64,000 nucleotides of DNA, taken from Gammaproteobacteria bacterium (GTDB lineage: Bacteria > Pseudomonadota > Gammaproteobacteria > Ga0077554 > Ga007554). Location of the stretch: positions 285 to 64,284 of the forward strand of contig JADDKJ010000015.1 in the NCBI GenBank assembly GCA_033717875.1. The letters run 5' to 3'. A program made the translations under genes and the position numbers. The stretch's first letter is position 1; each line of letters starts with the position of its first letter. Shown one piece after another: positions 22,659 to 33,634 of the stretch. The notes beneath the pieces were generated by a model. The model searched no databases. It was not told where the DNA came from and saw only the letters and a program-made list of their open reading frames with translations.

Positions 22659-24025
22659 CCAAGTATCCGCGACACAGTGCAAATCAGCCGCCCGCGTGCG
22701 AGGCGGGCTTCCACCGCTTCGCCCGGTGTTGCTTCGCGGGCATCGCGCAGCACGCGCTGTTCCGGCAGTGTGCGGACAATCGCATAACCGCGTCCCAGCG
22801 TCGCCAGCGGGCTGACGGCATCCAGCGCGCGGCTGGCCGCATTGAGCCGCTGCTGCTTACGTTCGAGTGTGAGCCGCAGCATGGCGTGCAGACGCTGGCG
22901 GAGATTTTCGTGATGGATCTGCAACTGCGTCAGTCGGTGCAGGGGAATGTGGCGGTGCAAGCGCGCGGAGAGTTCGCTTAGCAGCACGCGCTTGTGCCGC
23001 AACATGCCGCGCCGCACTTGATGCAGCCTGCCTTCCAGTTCATCGAGGCGCTGCGCCTGGGCGCGCAGGCGGCTGCCTGGGTGTTGCTGTTGCAGCCTTC
23101 GTTCCAGCCAGTCCAGCGCCTGACGCCCGCGTTCCAGCCGGTCGCGGATGCGTGCCGCCAGACGCTGCTGCTGGCGGGCGAGCTGTTGCATCCATTCGGC
23201 TTGGTCGGGGCTGACCAGCTCCGCCGCGGCGGAAGGCGTGGCGGCGCGGCGGTCGGCGGCGAAGTCGGCGATGGTGAAGTCGATCTCGTGGCCGATGCCG
23301 GTCACCACCGGCAATTCGCAGGCGTGAATGGCGCGCGCCACCACTTCCTCATTGAACGCCCACAAATCTTCCAGCGAACCGCCGCCCCGCGCCACGATCA
23401 ACACATCGCAATCCTTGCGCCGCGATGCGGTGCGTATGGCCTGGGCGATCTGCGCGGCGGCGCCCGTTCCCTGCACCTGGGCGGGATAGATGATCACGGA
23501 AATGGAGGGAAAGCGCCGTTTCAGAACCGTGAGAATGTCGCGGATCGCCGCGCCGCTGGGCGACGTGACCACGCCGATGCGGCGCGGCAAGGCAGGCAGG
23601 GGTTTCTTGTGCGCCGCATCGAACAGTCCTTCGCTGGCCAGACGCTGTTTGAGCGCTTCGAAGGCGCGGCGCAGCGCCCCTGCGCCGGCTTCCTCCATGT
23701 GTTCGGCGATGAGCTGGAATTCGCCGCGTCCCTCGTAGAGGCTCACTTGGGCGCGCAACACGACATGTGTGCCGTTCGCCGGGGTGAAACCCAGACGCAG
23801 ATTGCGATTGCGGAACATCGCGCAGCGCACCGACGCCGCTTCGTCCTTGAGGGTAAAATACAGATGGCCGGAGGAAGGCTTGGCCAGGTTGGAAATTTCG
23901 CCTTCCACCCAGATCAGCGGAAAGCTGCCCTCCAGCGCCGCACGCGCCGCGCGATTGAGCTGCGAGACCGTGAGAATTTCACGCCGCGGCGGTTCCTCTT
24001 GCCAAAATTCCAGGGGTTCTTGCAT
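22655..24025 (-). CDS. xseA: Exodeoxyribonuclease VII large subunit
   Basis: WVEGEISN, SGHLYFTLKD, GVVTSPSGAAIRD, ARGGGSLEDLWAFN, GIGHEIDFTIADF, SPLATLGRGYA. Confidence 0.97.
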   Translation of the reverse strand: MQEPLEFWQEEPPRREILTVSQLNRAARAALEGSFPLIWVEGEISNLAKPSSGHLYFTLKDEAASVRCAMFRNRNLRLGFTPANGTHVVLRAQVSLYEGRGEFQLIAEHMEEAGAGALRRAFEALKQRLASEGLFDAAHKKPLPALPRRIGVVTSPSGAAIRDILTVLKRRFPSISVIIYPAQVQGTGAAAQIAQAIRTASRRKDCDVLIVARGGGSLEDLWAFNEEVVARAIHACELPVVTGIGHEIDFTIADFAADRRAATPSAAAELVSPDQAEWMQQLARQQQRLAARIRDRLERGRQALDWLERRLQQQHPGSRLRAQAQRLDELEGRLHQVRRGMLRHKRVLLSELSARLHRHIPLHRLTQLQIHHENLRQRLHAMLRLTLERKQQRLNAASRALDAVSPLATLGRGYAIVRTLPEQRVLRDAREATPGEAVEARLARGRLICTVSRILG

Positions 24026-24056
24026 GATACAACGATGATAGCATCGTCAAGGCGCC

Positions 24057-24105
24057 AAAAAAAATGACGGGTTACCGGTCAAATCCTTTTTTCCGGTAAC
24101 CCGCC
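24057..24105 (-). terminator. Rho-independent terminator upstream of xseA
   Basis: Minus strand GGCGGGTTACCGG-loop-CCGGTAACCCGTC-A-TTTTTTTT. Confidence 0.8.
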
Positions 24106-24235
24106 GCCTGCGCTGGGTGTGGTTGCCTCGTGCTTGGCAACCTTGGTATTAGGGTAGGAAGCGGCCCTCCATCGACGCCACACTGCGGGGGGAGGGAGGG
24201 GATGACGCCGGTTTCAGACCGTTCCTACAAAGCGA
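24057..24235 (-). ncRNA. Candidate small RNA with C-rich apical loop
   Basis: Three successive minus-strand stem-loops: a long stem with loop TCCCCTCCCTCCCCCCG, GGTTGCC/GGCAACC, and a terminator. G-U pairs work only on the minus strand. No convincing ORF. Confidence 0.5.
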
Positions 24236-24324
24236 ATTTGTTTACCCCTATTCCGTCTGCCCTGGCAGGAAAATGCCTTTGCATTTTCCCGTCAGGGGAC
24301 GGGTTTTCTATGATGCCGGGATGG

Positions 24325-24615
24325 TTAAGCGCGCAACTCCTGGTACTTTGCGCCATTGGAAACAGCAAGGGTTGCGGATTGGGCGGCTGCGGGGAGTTGT
24401 CCGAGGAATTTCAGTATCACTCCGATCACATAGCCCACGGGATCCCAAAGCATGATCGCGGTCAAAACAAAATAGCTGGCGATCAGCGGCAGGAAACTCA
24501 CATAAAGTGAGGACGTGGGATGTGTCATTGCTATCCCTAGCAACAATCCGCCGACCAGCATCCTGAAGATACGCTCGATGCTGCCGATGTTTTCCATAAT
24601 CTCAAAATACTTCAT
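24325..24615 (-). CDS. YgaP/DUF2892-like small membrane protein
   Basis: GGAGG RBS, ENIGSIERIFR..VG, two TM helices, TAIMLWDPVGY. Confidence 0.7.
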   Translation of the reverse strand: MKYFEIMENIGSIERIFRMLVGGLLLGIAMTHPTSSLYVSFLPLIASYFVLTAIMLWDPVGYVIGVILKFLGQLPAAAQSATLAVSNGAKYQELRA

Positions 24616-25160
24616 TTCACACCTCCATTGATTTACTACACCTACTTGCAAGACTGCTTTGCTTTCCAGGAATCAATCGCTTTCCTGTTTGGCTTGATCA
24701 GTCTGACAGCCGTTTGTTACGTCATGATTAAAGCCTTGCGGATTTTTCATGAAGCCAAGCGGCATTTCTCATGTAGCAATTGGCGTGCCATGTCGTTGAT
24801 AGGAGGGGCTGATCCAGTAACATTTTGATAATTATCGAGTATCCATCTTGGGTTCCGGGCTTCTTTCATACTTTTTTAAAAATCGTATGAAAAAAACGGC
24901 TTACGAAGGTGCGGGCGCACCAAAAGCGCTCAAAAAAAGCGCTATGGTTTAACCTTATAAGGCGCCCGATGCCCCCTCTCGCCGAAACGTGACATTCGTG
25001 CCCCGGCGGGGGTAAAGTGTCACTGGTCAAGGACACCGGATCAGAGGATTTTTGTTATCTTATTGTATTTGAAGTTAGTTTTTATTGTCTCGGAATCGCA
25101 ACACATGGCGCGTTTTCCTATGTGAGAGAGAAGCGCCGGTATTTTCCAGTCACGGCAAGT

Positions 25161-25228
25161 TATTGAAAGACAAGATTAAGAAGGGATCGCATTTTATTGA
25201 AAGACAAGATTAAGAAGGGATCGCATTT
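25161..25228. repeat. Perfect 34-bp tandem duplication upstream of guaB
   Basis: TATTGAAAGACAAGATTAAGAAGGGATCGCATTT x2 (25161-25194, 25195-25228). Confidence 0.9.
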
Positions 25229-25291
25229 TCGCTTTTTGTGCTTTGAGGATTCTCAGGATGGAATTGTTCAGGGCTTCCTTGATATACTTAG

Positions 25292-26778
<1,487 letters not shown>

Positions 26779-26779
<1 letters not shown>

Positions 26780-28353
26780 TGGCCAATATCCACCAACACC
26801 GCATCCTGATCCTCGATTTTGGCTCCCAATACACCCAGCTCATCGCGCGCCGGGTGCGTGAGGCGGGGGTTTATAGCGAGATTCATCCCTGGGACATGGA
26901 CGAGGCGGCGATCCGCGCTTTCGCTCCCAGGGGCATCATCCTGTCGGGTGGACCGGAATCAGTGACGCTGGCGGAAACGCCGCGCGCGCCGCAGATCGTG
27001 TTCGAGCTGGGTGTGCCGGTGCTAGGCATCTGCTACGGCATGCAGACCATGGCCGCGCAATTGGGTGGCGCCGTGGAGTCCGCGGCGCATCGCGAGTTCG
27101 GCTATGCCCAGGTGCGCGCCCGTGGTCATTCGCGTCTGCTGCGCGGCATCGAGGACCACACCACAGCCGAAGGCTGGGGGCTGCTCGATGTGTGGATGAG
27201 CCACGGCGACCACGTCACCCGGTTGCCGCCCGGTTTCAAGATGATCGCCAGCACCGACAGCGCGCCGCTGGCCGGCATGGCCGACGAGACGCGCGCTTTC
27301 TATGCCCTGCAATTCCACCCCGAAGTGACCCACACCCGCCAGGGAGGGCGCATCCTGCAACGTTTCGTGCTCGAGATTTGCGGCTGCGAGGCGCTGTGGA
27401 CGGTGGGCAATATCATCGAAGACAGCATCCGCACTGTGCGCGACAAGGTGGGCGGCGACGAAGTGCTGCTGGCGCTGTCCGGCGGGGTGGATTCCTCGGT
27501 GGTGGCGGCGCTGCTGCACAAGGCGATCGGCGATCAGCTCACCTGCGTCTTCGTCGACAACGGCTTGCTGCGCCTCAACGAAGGCGATCAGGTGATGGCG
27601 GCCTTCGCCCAGCACATGGGCGTGCGCGTCATCCGCGTCGATGCCGAACAGCGCTTCATGACCGCGCTCCACGGCGTGGCCGATCCCGAGCACAAGCGCA
27701 AGATCATCGGCAAGCTGTTTGTTCAGATTTTCGAGGAAGAGGCCGCCAAGCTCAGCAACGTGAAATGGCTGGCGCAGGGCACCATTTATCCCGATGTCAT
27801 CGAATCGGCGGGCAGCAAGACCGGCAAGGCCCACGTCATCAAGACCCACCACAACGTCGGCGGCCTGCCGGAGGAAATGAAACTCGGACTGGTGGAGCCT
27901 CTGCGCGAGTTGTTCAAGGACGAGGTGCGCCGCCTGGGTGTCGAACTCGGCCTGCCCTACGACATGGTCTACCGCCATCCCTTCCCCGGTCCCGGCCTCG
28001 GAGTGCGCATCCTCGGCGAAGTAAAGAAGGAATACGCCGACCTGCTGCGCCGCGCCGATGCCATCTTCATTGAAGAATTGCGCAAGAACGATCTCTACGG
28101 CAAGGTGAGCCAAGCCTTTGCCGTGTTCCTGCCGGTCAAGTCGGTGGGGGTGATGGGTGACGGCCGGCGCTATGACTATGTGGTGGCGCTGCGCGCCGTC
28201 GAGACGGTCGACTTCATGACCGCCCACTGGGCGCACCTGCCCTACGAAGTGCTGGGCACCATCTCCAATCGCATCATCAACGAAGTCCCCGGCATCTCGC
28301 GCATTACCTACGACATCTCCGGCAAACCGCCAGCGACGATCGAGTGGGAATGA
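26779..28353 (+). CDS. guaA: GMP synthase (glutamine-hydrolysing)
   Basis: [51 protein letters not shown]. Confidence 0.98.
28342..28349 (+). other. Probable att core (GAGTGGGA) at the guaA 3' end
   Basis: GAGTGGGA in the last guaA codons, directly followed by an AT-rich spacer and a P4-like integrase. This is the core I recall for guaA-targeting islands. The second copy is not in the window. Confidence 0.6.
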
Positions 28354-28468
28354 TTTTAGGTCTTTCGGCAGATTTCGATGACTATCGGAAATGTAACTTA
28401 ACTTGTTGTTATATATAAATATATATTACGACATCTATCGGCATCTATTGACGACAAGCAAAACTTTT

Positions 28469-28624
28469 TGTCGGTAATCCTGTCGGTAAGGAAAGCTAGG
28501 CCAGTCACCAAAAATTTTTTACCGTCTGACTAATTTCTGTGATGACGGTAAAAAATAGCGTGAAAAGCTAGTATTTATACAGGTTTCAGAGCATCATGTT
28601 ACTTTCAAGCCGTTGACGGTAAAA
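28469..28624. promoter_or_regulatory. Putative integrase arm-type binding sites
   Basis: TGTCGGTAA direct repeat (28469, 28481), inverted TTTTTTACCGTC/GACGGTAAAAAA (28515-28555), further GACGGTAAAA at 28615. Confidence 0.55.
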
Positions 28625-28649
28625 TTGCCGTTATCAGGGGGAAGAACCG

Positions 28650-29907
28650 ATGCTTACCGACACTGCATTGAAGAGCCTCAATGCCCAAGGACACGCCTTA
28701 CAAGGTGACAGACCGGGATGGCATGTACGTCACGGTTTCGTCGGCGGGTACCGTCACGTTCCGTTATGACTACCGGATCAATGGCAGGCGCGAGACGCTG
28801 ACGATTGGCCGCTATGGGCCAGGCGGTCTGTCGCTGGCTCGGGCGCGCGAAAAGTGCATCGACGCGAAGCGGGCCGTTTCGGAAGGCCAGTCCCCGGCGC
28901 AGGAAAAGCAGCGCGAGAAACGGCGCCTGTCCGAAGCCCAAACCTTCCAGGAATTTACCGACAAATGGTATGAGGAAGCCCGGATGGCCGATAGCACCCG
29001 GTCGATGCGCAAGAGCATCCTCGACCGGGACATCCTGCCGGTGTTCAAAAGCCGCCTGCTGAGCGAGATCAGCCCCGACGACCTGCGCGATCTGTGCAAC
29101 AAGGTGAAGGGCAGGGGTGCGCCAGCAACGGCGATCCACGTCCGCGATATCATCAAACAAATCTACGGCTTCGCCATTCTGCACGGCGAGAAGGTGGCCA
29201 ACCCTGCCGACGACGTGGGGCCATCGTCGATCGCCACCTTCGTGCCGAGGGATCGGGCGTTGTCGCCTACGGAGATACGCGTCCTGTACAAGGAGTTGGA
29301 GTACGTGGCTTCGTACCCGACCATCAAACTGGCGCTGCGGCTGATCCTGCTCACGCTGGTGCGCAAGGGCGAACTCATCCATGCGACGTGGGACGAGATC
29401 GATTTCGAGAACGCGCTGTGGACCATCCCGAAAGCGCGCATGAAAGCTGCCAAGGCCCACAACATCTACTTGTCGCAGCAGGCGCTCGACATCATGATCG
29501 CGCTGCGCACCTGCGCCGGTGGCTCCAAATACTTGCTGCCTTCGCGCTATGACGGCGACAAGTGCATGTCGAACGCCACGCTGAACCGCGTTGCGCAGAT
29601 AGTCGTGGAGCGGTCGAAAGCGAAGGGCCTACCCATCGAAAGCTTCAGCGTGCATGATCTGCGCCGCACCGGTTCGACCATCCTCAACGAACTCGGCTTC
29701 AACAGCGATTGGATTGAGAAGTGCCTAGCGCACGAAGACGGCCGCTCATCACGCGGCGTCTACAACAAGGCCGAATACGCCGAGCAGCGCCGGCACATGC
29801 TGCAAGAATGGGCCGACATGATTGATGCTTGGGTGGCCGGCAAGTCGCACACTCCGACGCTGCTGCCACCGTCGATGAAGGTCATCACGACACGGGCACT
29901 GCTTTGA
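28650..29907 (+). CDS. int: P4-like tyrosine integrase with a +1 frameshift after codon 10 (or short start at 28681)
   Basis: MLTDTALKSL at 28650 is one base out of frame with PKDTPYKVTDRDGMY. Arm-binding domain; catalytic R (VRKGE), HDLRR, LAH, YN. Confidence 0.9.
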
Positions 29908-30256
29908 CCGGGCGGCGTTTGCGCTGACGCACGTCCGGCGAGGGGGCTCGTTTCAACTGCGCACTGTCGGAAGCTTGGCGGCGCGCATTGAGCCAGGCTT
30001 CTACTTCCGTCAAGTCCCACACCACGCAGCGTGCGGTCAGATTGAACCGGCGCGGAAATTCCCCGCGGCGCTCCATGTCGTAGATCGTGGTATCGGCCAG
30101 CGGCACGATCTGTCGCAGCTCGGTACGGCGGATCGTGCGTCTGAACGGCAAGGGATTCATCGCGACCAGTCGTGGTAGCTGCATGCCGTGCAGTTCGTTT
30201 GCATCTGAGTCGTCGTTTGGCCTCGCAGCCAGCAGACTTCGATCTGCTTTGTTCAT
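29885..30256 (-). CDS. AlpA-family excisionase/regulator
   Basis: IRRTELRQIVPLADTTIYDMERRGEFPRRF.LT.RCVVWDL.EV..W. Convergent with int and overlapping its 3' end. Confidence 0.9.
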   Translation of the reverse strand: MNKADRSLLAARPNDDSDANELHGMQLPRLVAMNPLPFRRTIRRTELRQIVPLADTTIYDMERRGEFPRRFNLTARCVVWDLTEVEAWLNARRQASDSAQLKRAPSPDVRQRKRRPVKAVPVS

Positions 30257-30405
30257 GATCTGCTCCATCAGCAGGGCAGTTGCTGGTTGCATCGCAACGG
30301 CCGGTGTAAATGCGGTCCTGTGATGGTGATCTTTCCGGCATCTATCGAAAACTCACTCAGGCGTGCGTGGGCGTATTCCGATTGTGTTTGTGGTGTCGCT
30401 GTGAA

Positions 30406-30630
30406 TCACTTCCCCTTGGTCTTCCTGAAGCCGCGATCCCGCGCCATGAACGCTTCGAGCATGTGAGGGACCAGCGTCATGGCATCAATCGGCTCGCCGT
30501 AGGTCTGAGCGTGAAGTGCGGCGTAGCGTTCCAAATCGGCCTTCAACGCGGTGGTGAGCGCGATGGTGACTTTGACGGTCTCGGTCTTGGGCAGCGGCCC
30601 CAGCCGCAGCTTGCCAGCGGGTGTGTTCAT
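30406..30630 (-). CDS. DUF2274-family protein (Tn4371-type, after trbI)
   Basis: KLRLGPLPKTETVK...DLERYAALHAQTYGE...PHMLEAFMARDRGF. Confidence 0.88.
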   Translation of the reverse strand: MNTPAGKLRLGPLPKTETVKVTIALTTALKADLERYAALHAQTYGEPIDAMTLVPHMLEAFMARDRGFRKTKGK

Positions 30631-31895
30631 TGCGACGATCCCCTCTGGAAGAACAGCGGCTGGTACGGACGCAGGATCAGATCCTTGTTCACCATTACCC
30701 GCATCGGGAAGCCGGGCCGGATGGTGAGCGTCGGCTGGATACTCACGTTGCGTTTGGTGATCTCCTGACCGACCTGGTTCACTGTGTCCTGCGCGCTCTG
30801 GCGAACGGCGACGGTCACACCACCGGTACTGCCGCTGTTGTTGGGTGCTGCCAGCTCGGCACCGACTCCGAGCAGCGTGGACAACGCAGCACCGGCGATG
30901 ATGCGATCCCAATGCCAATCGACGCCATCCTCCAGCCCGGCATAACCAGCCGGGTCGATGCCGGGCAGACGGTCGAGCGAAATCGACGAGGTATCAGGCA
31001 GGATCAGCCGCGTCCACACCAGCAGCACGCGCCGCTGACCGAATGACACCTGGCTGTCATAGCGTCCGATCAAGCGCGAACCTTGCGGGATCAACAGAAA
31101 TCGGCCAGTAGCTGTGTCGTAGACCGCTTCGCTCACATTGGCGATGACCTGTCCCGGCAAGTCGGAGTTGATGCCCGTCACCAGCGCTGCCGGAATGATG
31201 GTGCCCGCCATCACCTGGTAGGGAGAGGCTGGCAGTTGCAGGCTGGCGGGATTGCGTGTGGCGACATCACCCGCATTCGCGACGAAGGCTTGCTTCTGCT
31301 CCTGCCGGTTCTGCGCGGCCGTCGGATCGGCAGGCTGTGCCGATACCGGCACCATCGGATTGAATGGCTGATTGCCGGATACCGGCTCTGGCATTTCAGT
31401 ATTTGCTATTACAGCCGTCGCCACCTTCGCAGCACCGCTGCCACGAAAAAACACTCCCGATCTCGCCGCTTCCTCGGCATCGCGAATGCCAGCCATCTGA
31501 GTCGGGTTGCCGTAAGCACTCGTGCCGGTATTGGCATTGCGTTGCGCATGCACGATGGCCGGACCCAGATCGCCCGGCAGTGGTTCGCCCAATGCGGGCG
31601 CAACCGGTTTTGCCGCTGCCGGCACTTTGGAATAGTCCTTCGGCAATTGATCCAGGCTCTCGGCCCGCGAGACGCGATCCACGTTGTACAGCTCGGTGGC
31701 CGGGTTGCGCTCGCGCTTGTGCGGCTGCAAGGACCAGAGCGTGGCGCCCAGGATGACGATGCCCAGTGTCCCCGCGAGCACCGCCAGCATGCGCCGGTTC
31801 AGTCGCGTAACCGGGCGCGGCGAAGCGCGCAGGGCCAAGGTGTCCGGGTCGGCCTTCTCGGGTGTTTTCGGCGGGGCGGACGTGCTCATGCTCAA
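30627..31895 (-). CDS. trbI: Conjugal transfer protein TrbI (VirB10)
   Basis: AGTIIPAALVTGINSDLPG, LLIPQGSRLIG.Y, PTLTIRPG. Confidence 0.95.
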   Translation of the reverse strand: MSMSTSAPPKTPEKADPDTLALRASPRPVTRLNRRMLAVLAGTLGIVILGATLWSLQPHKRERNPATELYNVDRVSRAESLDQLPKDYSKVPAAAKPVAPALGEPLPGDLGPAIVHAQRNANTGTSAYGNPTQMAGIRDAEEAARSGVFFRGSGAAKVATAVIANTEMPEPVSGNQPFNPMVPVSAQPADPTAAQNRQEQKQAFVANAGDVATRNPASLQLPASPYQVMAGTIIPAALVTGINSDLPGQVIANVSEAVYDTATGRFLLIPQGSRLIGRYDSQVSFGQRRVLLVWTRLILPDTSSISLDRLPGIDPAGYAGLEDGVDWHWDRIIAGAALSTLLGVGAELAAPNNSGSTGGVTVAVRQSAQDTVNQVGQEITKRNVSIQPTLTIRPGFPMRVMVNKDLILRPYQPLFFQRGSSQ

Positions 31896-32905
31896 TGCCT
31901 CCGCGCCGCGCTGCCGGCTCCGTCGGTGCGCTCGATACGAACGACGGCGGCCCTGTCTGCGCCCAGCCGCAACTCGGCCGCGCCGAACAACCGGTCCACC
32001 ACGTAGTACGGCGAGCGGAAGCGATAGTTCACGAGCTGACCATCGCCCTGCGGCCCAATCACGAACAGCGGTGGCAACTCACCTTGCCCGATGCCAGCGG
32101 GGAACTGGATGTAGACGCGCTCGCCGTCGTCGAAGGCGCGCAGCGGCTTCCATGATGGGCTGTCGCCGGTGATCGCGTAGCGGAACTTGATCTGCTCCAG
32201 CGCCAAGCCCGAGTCCACCGGTGCAGAGGCTTGAGCCTGCTGCGCCTGCTTCTGCAAGGCCAGCATACGGTCCTTCGGGTAGTCCCACGATGCAGATGCC
32301 ATCCACGCCTGCGGCGTGGAAGACAGTTCGAGCAGGTAGGTGCGACGGTTCGTGGTAATGACCAGATTCGTCTTCAGCCCGACGCGCGTGGGCTTCACGA
32401 GGATGTTCACGCGCAGACTGGCGCCCGCGCCGCTCGCGGTATCGCCCACGATCCAGCGTACCGTGTCGCCGGCTGAAACCGTCACCAGTTCTTCACCTTC
32501 CTGCAAGGCAATCACCGTGACGCGGCCAGGGCTGGTGTAGACCTGATACAGCGCGCCGTCCGCGTAGGGCCAGACCTGGATCGCGTTGATATAGCCTTCG
32601 CGGCTGGGGGCCACGCGGGCTTCGGCATTGGCGCGCGCCACGCGGGTTTTCTCGTCAGGTGATTCCGGGGCGGGCTTGTCTTCGGGCGTGTTCCCCAAGG
32701 CCTTCAACTGCTCGGGTAGCGGCAGCAGCTTGGGTACCTCAACCACCTCGATGGGCTTGGGCAACTCCGGCAGCGCGTGCGCCGCGACGGGTTCGTCCAG
32801 CGTGATGTCCGGTGGCGGCTTGCCGTGTGTGGCGCAACCACTGACGGTTGCCAGGGTGGCGCTCAGGATCAACGGCAAAGCGTAAATGCGGATTTGAGTT
32901 TTCAT
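31892..32905 (-). CDS. trbG: Conjugal transfer protein TrbG (VirB9)
   Basis: GALYQVYT.PG, GDTVRWIVG, TNRRTYLLEL, PLRAFDDG, ELPPLFV, LVNYR. Confidence 0.95.
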   Translation of the reverse strand: MKTQIRIYALPLILSATLATVSGCATHGKPPPDITLDEPVAAHALPELPKPIEVVEVPKLLPLPEQLKALGNTPEDKPAPESPDEKTRVARANAEARVAPSREGYINAIQVWPYADGALYQVYTSPGRVTVIALQEGEELVTVSAGDTVRWIVGDTASGAGASLRVNILVKPTRVGLKTNLVITTNRRTYLLELSSTPQAWMASASWDYPKDRMLALQKQAQQAQASAPVDSGLALEQIKFRYAITGDSPSWKPLRAFDDGERVYIQFPAGIGQGELPPLFVIGPQGDGQLVNYRFRSPYYVVDRLFGAAELRLGADRAAVVRIERTDGAGSAARRH

Positions 32906-33609
32906 GGTTTCTTGGCTCCTTCGGTCGCGTCGAGTTCACGGCTCCAGGACAGGCCGTTGACGTAAATGCCCAGCGGGTTCTTGCGCAACCGCTCTTCGGT
33001 GCGGGGTGGCTGCAACACCATCGACAGGACGGCAGTCCAGCGCTCGGTGCCCGAGGGCGAACCGTTCGCATAGTTGCGCTCGATCCAGCGCACCTGGAAC
33101 GAGGATTCGCTGGCGCGAACCACACTGGTGATCTCGACGGCCGTCGAGGTCTGGCCGATGCGCGCGAACGGATCGTTGGTGCGTGCGTAGTCGTTCAGTG
33201 TGGCCGCACCCTTGTCGGTGGTGTAGTCGTAGGCTTCGATCCAGTTTTGGCGCACGACAATGGGATCGATCGACAGCGAGCGCACATCGGTGAGGAAACG
33301 TGCCAGGTGGTAGGCGATCTGCGCGTCGTTAGGCTTGTACGGCGTGGCTGCTTCACCCACTGCGCGCACTTGGCCACCAGCAGCAACCTCCACCACATAG
33401 GGTGTGACGATGGATTGCGCTGAGCGCCACACCAGACCGCCCGCCATCAGCAGTGCCAGCGACAAGCAGCCGAATGCCATCAGCCGCCAGTTCTTCGCCT
33501 GCACGCGGGCGCTGCCGATGCGCTGGTCCCACACCTGTGCGGCGGCTTGGTAGGGAGTGACAGGTTCGGGCGTTTCCGAGTACCGCACCTGGGGTCGTTT
33601 GAATCGCAT
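32902..33609 (-). CDS. trbF: Conjugal transfer protein TrbF (VirB8-like)
   Basis: TPYQAAAQVWDQRIGSARVQAKNWR, NPLGIYV. Confidence 0.95.
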   Translation of the reverse strand: MRFKRPQVRYSETPEPVTPYQAAAQVWDQRIGSARVQAKNWRLMAFGCLSLALLMAGGLVWRSAQSIVTPYVVEVAAGGQVRAVGEAATPYKPNDAQIAYHLARFLTDVRSLSIDPIVVRQNWIEAYDYTTDKGAATLNDYARTNDPFARIGQTSTAVEITSVVRASESSFQVRWIERNYANGSPSGTERWTAVLSMVLQPPRTEERLRKNPLGIYVNGLSWSRELDATEGAKKP

Positions 33610-33634
33610 GGATTGATCTCCTCAAGGGTTCGAG

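Noticed and set aside
24690-24710. Possible FNR box upstream of the DUF2892 gene
   Set aside because: Only one TTGAT half-site matches.
25161-25228. CRISPR-like repeat
   Set aside because: Two abutting copies, no spacers and no cas genes.
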